The notes under the pieces: model-generated
The model's input: only the letters and a program-made list of their open reading frames with translations
The model's database searches: none
Told to the model about the DNA's origin: nothing
Translations under genes and position numbers: made by a program
Shown here: piece after piece, positions 24,826-28,963 of the stretch
Position numbering within the stretch: the stretch's first letter is position 1
How the letters are laid out: each line of letters starts with the position of its first letter
Origin: an uncultured Oscillospiraceae bacterium
GTDB taxonomy: Bacteria; Bacillota; Clostridia; UMGS1883
Direction of reading: 5' to 3'
NCBI GenBank assembly: GCA_964442035.1
Contig: CAYTWZ010000002.1
Span: forward strand, 2,211 to 31,173
Length of the DNA stretch: 28,963 nt

Positions 24826-24852
24826 CATATCATAAGCAAAGAGGGTGATCAG

Positions 24853-25395
24853 ATGTATGTGCTTCCCGGAACAAATATTGAAGTAGGGGAGCTGTCCTTT
24901 GACAGCGTTAATTCGCTGCTGAATTCAATTTTTCTCACAGGAGGACTGGTGCTTAGTCAGGTGGCAGGAATGACTGACTGTGCTCCACATGTGGTGCAGA
25001 ATTGGGTCAAAAGAGGGTTTGTTTCGCCGCCGGTGAACAAGAAATACAGCAAGCGGCAGTTTTGCAGAATAGCCTTTATCAACTTTTTGAAGGATGTGAT
25101 GCAGATCGACAAGGTCACGGCGCTGATGGAATATATTAATGGGGCGCTGGATGATGAAAGCGATGATCTGGTGGATGACTGTACGCTGTACTGCTACTTT
25201 GCTCAGGTAATAGGACAGCTGACGGACTTCCGCCGGGACACCATAGAGTCTGTGGTGGAAAAGTCGGTCTCCGGAGGAGGAGACAGCTATATCCAAGTCA
25301 GGCTCAAGGCCACACTTATAGTTATGGCCACCTCTTACGGAGCGGCAATGCTTCGAAGCAGGGTCAATTTGCTTATAAGTCAGTTGGATATATAA
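24853..25395 (+). CDS. Small cytoplasmic protein with a MerR-like N-terminal helix-turn-helix (DUF1836-like). Possible regulator of the downstream nfeD-flotillin genes.
   Basis: An AAAGAGGGTGA RBS precedes the ATG. LSQVAGMTDCAPHVVQNWVKRGFVSPP resembles a MerR-type HTH. I assign the DUF1836 family from memory only. Confidence 0.4.
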   Translation: MYVLPGTNIEVGELSFDSVNSLLNSIFLTGGLVLSQVAGMTDCAPHVVQNWVKRGFVSPPVNKKYSKRQFCRIAFINFLKDVMQIDKVTALMEYINGALDDESDDLVDDCTLYCYFAQVIGQLTDFRRDTIESVVEKSVSGGGDSYIQVRLKATLIVMATSYGAAMLRSRVNLLISQLDI

Positions 25396-25510
25396 CTAAA
25401 CGAAAGATGTTCCCGACTATATGGGCGGTGAGCGACCCTTTCGTTTTTCGGTGGGATATCAATCTCGAAACGTTGAAAGAGGGCTTTCAGCCCTTATTGG
25501 AAAAAAAGGG
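25391..25510 (+). ncRNA. Candidate structured cis-regulatory RNA, copy 2. It runs from the stop codon of the DUF1836-like gene to the nfeD RBS.
   Basis: Paralogous to 4409-4525, with identical blocks TATAACTAAACGAAAGATGT, CCTTTCGTTTTTCGG, ATCAATCTC and GGGCTTTCAGCCCTTATTG. Indels between the copies are not multiples of 3 (a 21-nt segment versus a 28-nt segment), so no conserved peptide is encoded. Confidence 0.5.
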
Positions 25511-25523
25511 GGTCAAGGGGATA

Positions 25524-26162
25524 ATGTTCATTGTGAATTGGTGGAATGCCATGACAGCGGCTCAGCACGGGTTTTTGTATGTAGCGGTTCCGGCTACTTT
25601 AGTACTGGTCATTCAGACACTGTTGCTGATGTTTGGCATAGGCGACAGTGACGGTGATGTGCCGGACGGGGATATTCCCGATGTGGATGTTGGCGATGGA
25701 AATTTTCAGGCGGTGGAGGATTTCTCCAACTGCGATGTTTCCGGTGACTTGGACGGTGATCTGAGGATATTTACGGTCAGGGGTATGGTTGCGTTTTTCT
25801 CGGTGTTTGGCTGGTCAGGCGCGGCAATACTCGGAGGCGGACTTCCGCTGTGGTTTTCCGTTGTGGGGGCTGTAGTGGCGGGAGCTGCCGCAATGCTGGC
25901 GGTGGCGTTTATCGTCAAGTTTGCCCTTAATCTTCAGCAGTCGGGCAATATCAATCCCCGCAATGCCGTGGGTAAGTCCGGAACGGTTTATATAACTGTT
26001 CCTCCGGCTCGAAGCGGCAGCGGAAAGGTCAATCTTGTGCTTCAGGAGCGCTACTCCGAAATGGAAGCTGTTACCGATGGAGAACAGCCAATTTCGCCCG
26101 GTCGTGAAGTAACTGTAGTTGGAACTACAACAATGGGAACACTTATAGTTAGGGAAAAGTAA
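25524..26162 (+). CDS. NfeD-family membrane protein (YuaF/YqeZ-like; N-terminal TM helices plus a C-terminal OB-fold), partner of flotillin.
   Basis: A GGGGTCAAGGGG RBS precedes the ATG at 25524 (MFIVNWW...). There are two or three TM segments, a long acidic linker (DSDGDVPDGDIPDVDVGDG) and a C-terminal GKSGTVYITVPP...GKVNLVLQERYSEMEAV...GREVTVVG NfeD-like beta-barrel. The track ORF start at 25407 would translate the leader element. Confidence 0.7.
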   Translation: MFIVNWWNAMTAAQHGFLYVAVPATLVLVIQTLLLMFGIGDSDGDVPDGDIPDVDVGDGNFQAVEDFSNCDVSGDLDGDLRIFTVRGMVAFFSVFGWSGAAILGGGLPLWFSVVGAVVAGAAAMLAVAFIVKFALNLQQSGNINPRNAVGKSGTVYITVPPARSGSGKVNLVLQERYSEMEAVTDGEQPISPGREVTVVGTTTMGTLIVREK

Positions 26163-26184
26163 AAAATAGGGGAGGAAAATTGTT

Positions 26185-27561
26185 ATGACTGTTTTAATTC
26201 TGATCTGCGTTATCGTTGTGCTGCTTTTGTCAACGATCATGCTCATCGTCAGCCGTTACCGCAAATGCCCCTCTGACAAGGTAATGGTCATCTACGGTAA
26301 GGTGGGGGCTAACAGCGACGGCACAAGCCGTAGCGCCAAGTGCATCCACGGCGGCGCGGCCTTTATCTGGCCGGTGATCCAGGCCTACGAATATCTGGAT
26401 CTTACGCCTATTTCCATAAGCGTTGATCTTAAAAACGCACTGTCACGGCAAAATATACGTATTGACGTACCAAGTCGCTTCACAGTAGGCATATCCACAG
26501 AAAACGGCATTATGCAGAATGCCGCCGAAAGGCTTTTGGGACTTAAGCTGTCCGAAATTCAGGAGCTTGCCAGGGATATCATATTCGGTCAGCTACGTCT
26601 TATCATTGCGACTATGGATATTGAGGAGATCAATACCGACCGTGATAAGTTCCTTGAGGCTGTGAGCCGCAATGTGGAAAGCGAGCTTAAAAAGATCGGT
26701 CTGCGTCTCATCAACGTAAACGTAACCGACATCACTGACGAAAGCGGATATATCGCTGCTCTTGGTAAGGAAGCGGCAGCCAAGGCCATCAACGATGCCA
26801 AGCAGTCCGTTGCGGAAAAGGATCGTGACGGCGCCATTGGTCAGGCCAACGCCCAGAGGGATCAGCGTATCTCCGTATCTGAAGCAAACAGCCTTGCCAT
26901 AACCGGTGAGAACGAGGCTCAGATAACCATTGCCAAGTCTAACGCTGTTCGCCGTGAGCAGGAGGCCGAAGCTCTTCGCAGGGCTACTGCCGCCGAAAAA
27001 ATTCAGGAGGCAAAAGCCCTTGAGGATGCCTACGGTGCCGAAAAAGAGGCCGAAATGGCCCGTGCCGCCAGAGAGCAGGCCACTCTTGAGGCTGATGTGC
27101 TCGTAAAGGCCGAGATCGAAAAGCGTCAGAAGGAAATCGCAGCCGCCGCCGAAGCGGAGCAGTTGCGTATTAAGGCACAAGGCGAGGCGGACGCCATATT
27201 TGCAAAAATGGCCGCCGAGGCAAAGGGTATGCAGGAAATTCTTACCAAGCAGGCGGAGGGCTTTGAAAAGATCGTTGCCGCCGCCGGAGGCAACGCATCC
27301 GATGCCATGAGGCTTATGCTTGCCGACAAGATGGAGGAGCTTATGCGCATACAGGTCGATGCCATCAAGAATATTAAGATCGACAAGGTCACTGTATGGG
27401 ACAACGGTAAGGAGGGCAATTCCACAGCCAACTTTATCAGCTCTATGGCTAAAGCTGTGCCTCCTATGAGCGAACTGTTCGACATGGCGGGCATGAAGCT
27501 GCCGGAGTATCTTGGCAAGAAAAAGGAAGCGCCCGCCGCCGACGCGGAAGCAGTGGGGTAA
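26185..27561 (+). CDS. Flotillin-like SPFH/band-7 protein (FloT/YuaG-type) with a long Ala/Glu-rich coiled-coil (EA-repeat) region.
   Basis: An N-terminal TM helix is followed by the SPFH domain (...QNIRIDVPSRFTVGIST...). The region REQEAEALRRATAAEKIQEAKALEDAYGAEKEAEMARAA... is typical of flotillin EA repeats. A GGGGAGGAAAA RBS is present. Confidence 0.8.
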   Translation: MTVLILICVIVVLLLSTIMLIVSRYRKCPSDKVMVIYGKVGANSDGTSRSAKCIHGGAAFIWPVIQAYEYLDLTPISISVDLKNALSRQNIRIDVPSRFTVGISTENGIMQNAAERLLGLKLSEIQELARDIIFGQLRLIIATMDIEEINTDRDKFLEAVSRNVESELKKIGLRLINVNVTDITDESGYIAALGKEAAAKAINDAKQSVAEKDRDGAIGQANAQRDQRISVSEANSLAITGENEAQITIAKSNAVRREQEAEALRRATAAEKIQEAKALEDAYGAEKEAEMARAAREQATLEADVLVKAEIEKRQKEIAAAAEAEQLRIKAQGEADAIFAKMAAEAKGMQEILTKQAEGFEKIVAAAGGNASDAMRLMLADKMEELMRIQVDAIKNIKIDKVTVWDNGKEGNSTANFISSMAKAVPPMSELFDMAGMKLPEYLGKKKEAPAADAEAVG

Positions 27562-27631
27562 AGCTGTAACCTAAGGAAACGCTGAATAATTTACGCCTAC
27601 GGTTTAAAACAAACCTTGGCGATTAATTCAC

Positions 27632-27661
27632 CGGCAGCTCGGTTAAAAAGCCGAGCTGCCG
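27632..27661 (+). terminator. Hairpin CGGCAGCTCGG-TTAAAAAG-CCGAGCTGCCG downstream of the flotillin gene.
   Basis: 11-bp perfect stem with no clear U-tract. A GAATTAATC motif in reverse orientation (GTGAATTAATCG) lies directly in front of it at 27616-27629. Confidence 0.4.
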
Positions 27662-27707
27662 CAAGTATTCATGTGCCTTTTGCCTTGCCTCGAAAAAATA
27701 TTCTTTG

Positions 27708-27731
27708 CCAATCAGCATTTTAAAATTAAAC
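27708..27731 (+). promoter_or_regulatory. Third copy of the CCAATCAGCATTTTAAAATTAAAC motif, placed about 20 nt upstream of the -35 of the LRR-protein promoter.
   Basis: The first 16 nt are identical to the minus-strand copy at 24476-24508. Confidence 0.4.
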
Positions 27732-27749
27732 AACGCTTCATTTAATATC

Positions 27750-27777
27750 TTGACAGGTCATCAAAATGTGATATAAT
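27750..27777 (+). promoter_or_regulatory. Consensus sigma-A promoter TTGACA-16 nt-TATAAT with extended -10 (TGTGATATAAT, identical to the promoter at 24797).
   Basis: TTGACA at 27750-27755 and TATAAT at 27772-27777. The leader contains the inverted repeat AATGATGAA...TTCATCATT at 27786-27838. Confidence 0.6.
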
Positions 27778-27862
27778 AAATGTTGAAATGATGAACGTAT
27801 CCCGTATTTGTTGAGCTTGCCTCATTCATCATTCTATCACTTTTTAGAAAGAAGGTTCTATG

Positions 27863-28963
27863 TATGAGCAAAGGAAAGCTTTTGCCGATACTGATGAGTC
27901 TGACAATGTTGGGCTCATCGGTCAGTATCCCCGTTTCCGCGGCGGAATACACCGACAATCAGATAGCGGACACGGTAGCCCGTGTAGCTGTGACGGAGAT
28001 TTTTGCCACGGATGTGAGCGAACCCTCTGAGGATGAATTTATTGCTCCTGCCGAAGATGTAGAAGAGAACGAGGCGGAAAAAGCGTCACAGGAGGATGCT
28101 TATGTCATGACAGACAGCGATGTTAAACTGTTCGCGGATTCATTGACATATGAAAACCTGCAATACGAAGTAAATGACGGCAATATTACAATAGTGGGCT
28201 GCAATGACGGTGTGGAAAGTATTGATATTCCCGCAACTATCGATGGGGAAGCAGTTACGAGTATTTCCGCTTACGCTTTCAGCGGACATTCAGATTTAAA
28301 AAAGCTCACCATACCGGAGGGAGTGACATATCTCGGGGCTTACTTTTTGACGGGAACAGCCGTAGAGAGGCTGACCATCCCCTCCACAGTGACGGAATCC
28401 GGGGGCAGCATCAACGGCGCGTTGGCCGGTTCCGCGGTTACAGAGCTGACCTTTGCGCCGGGCACGGTAAAAATTCCGAATAACATTTGCCGCAGCGATT
28501 CGCAGGGCAGTCTGCTTGAGATAGTCAATTTGCCGGACGGAGTGGAGACTATCGGAGATTGTGCTTTTACAAACGCCAAGAGCCTGACAAGGTGTGACCT
28601 CCCGGAGTCCGTTGTTACGATAGGAAATAACGCTTTTCAGAACTGCGTCAGTCTGGACGGCGAGATAAATATTCCCGCCAGTGTAAAAACTATCGGAGAT
28701 TACGCATTTGATGGCTGCAAAAGTATTACAAGCGTAAAAACCAACCTGAACACAAGCTCCGAGTGGGTAGGGACGGATAAAGTTTCCTTTTCAGCAACAA
28801 TTGGAAAGATGGCTTTCCGGAACTGCACTTCAATGAACGGTTTTGAGCTTGCCGCCAGCGTGAAAACGCTGAATAACTATGCGTTCGAGGGCTGCTCATC
28901 CCTGAGCGAGCTCACCATACCGGAGGGAGTGACATATCTCGGGGCTTACTTTTTGACGGGAAC
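27863..28963 (+). CDS. Secreted BspA-type leucine-rich-repeat surface protein, 5' partial. It runs off the window end.
   Basis: An AGAAAGAAGG RBS precedes the ATG. MSKGKLLPILMSLTMLGSSVSIPVSAAEY is a signal peptide. The repeated units are IPxxVxxIGxxAFxxCxxL. The DNA segment encoding LTIPEGVTYLGAYFLTG occurs twice exactly, at 28304-28353 and 28914-28963. Confidence 0.7.

Noticed and set aside
25407-25523. 5' extension of the NfeD ORF (MFPTIWAVSDPFVF...) and the 76-aa ORF 4435-4665 overlapping the other element copy.
   Set aside because: Both lie inside the conserved non-coding element. Their reading frames are not conserved between the two copies because the indels are not multiples of 3. Neither has an SD. 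The genuine starts with strong SDs are at 25524 and 4578.
1-28963. tRNA/rRNA genes, CRISPR arrays, IS elements, integrases or phage genes.
   Set aside because: I saw no cloverleaf-compatible tRNA-like segments, no regular short direct repeat arrays and no transposase or integrase-like ORFs. GC content and codon usage look uniform apart from the AT-rich promoter regions.

Overview
This window reads as a chromosomal segment of a Gram-positive, Clostridia-like Firmicute. I infer that from GGAGG-type ribosome-binding sites, consensus sigma-A promoters and the gene content; it is not proven.

Gene content, 5' to 3':
- tsaA, then an in-frame GtrA-EamA membrane fusion.
- A capsule/exopolysaccharide control module: a fused Wzz plus BY-kinase gene and a CpsB-type PHP tyrosine phosphatase.
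- A membrane protein of unknown function.
- A long minus-strand block of housekeeping genes: ctpA, an ArgRS-derived mini-protein, DUF1934, murI, a metallophosphoesterase, gpmI, tpiA and pgk.
- A 1085-aa secreted beta-helix surface protein carrying a perfect 324-bp tandem duplication.
- A potABCD polyamine ABC-transporter operon.
- A bifunctional sugar-nucleotidyltransferase/phosphohexomutase gene on the minus strand.
- An operon encoding a small MerR-like protein, NfeD and a flotillin.
- The 5' part of a BspA-type leucine-rich-repeat surface protein.

I found no tRNA, rRNA, CRISPR array, transposase or integrase.

The most interesting signals are non-coding:
- Two paralogous elements of about 115 nt share long identical blocks: TATAACTAAACGAAAGATGT, CCTTTCGTTTTCGG, ATCAATCTC and GGGCTTTCAGCCCTTATTG. 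Each starts at the stop codon of an upstream gene and ends just before the RBS of a membrane-protein gene. One precedes the unknown membrane protein at 4578; the other precedes nfeD-flotillin. They look like a previously undescribed structured cis-regulatory RNA, either a riboswitch or a conditional intercistronic terminator.
- A second recurrent motif, CAATCAGC(A/G)TTTTA(G/A)AAT(T/C)AATCAG, sits upstream of the cps operon, the sugar-nucleotide gene and the LRR surface-protein gene. That suggests a cell-surface regulon.
- A terminator-like hairpin sits immediately downstream of the potABCD promoter, and the pot operon shares a divergent promoter region with a perfect palindrome.

All assignments rest on reading the sequence and the ORF translations. 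No database search was run.
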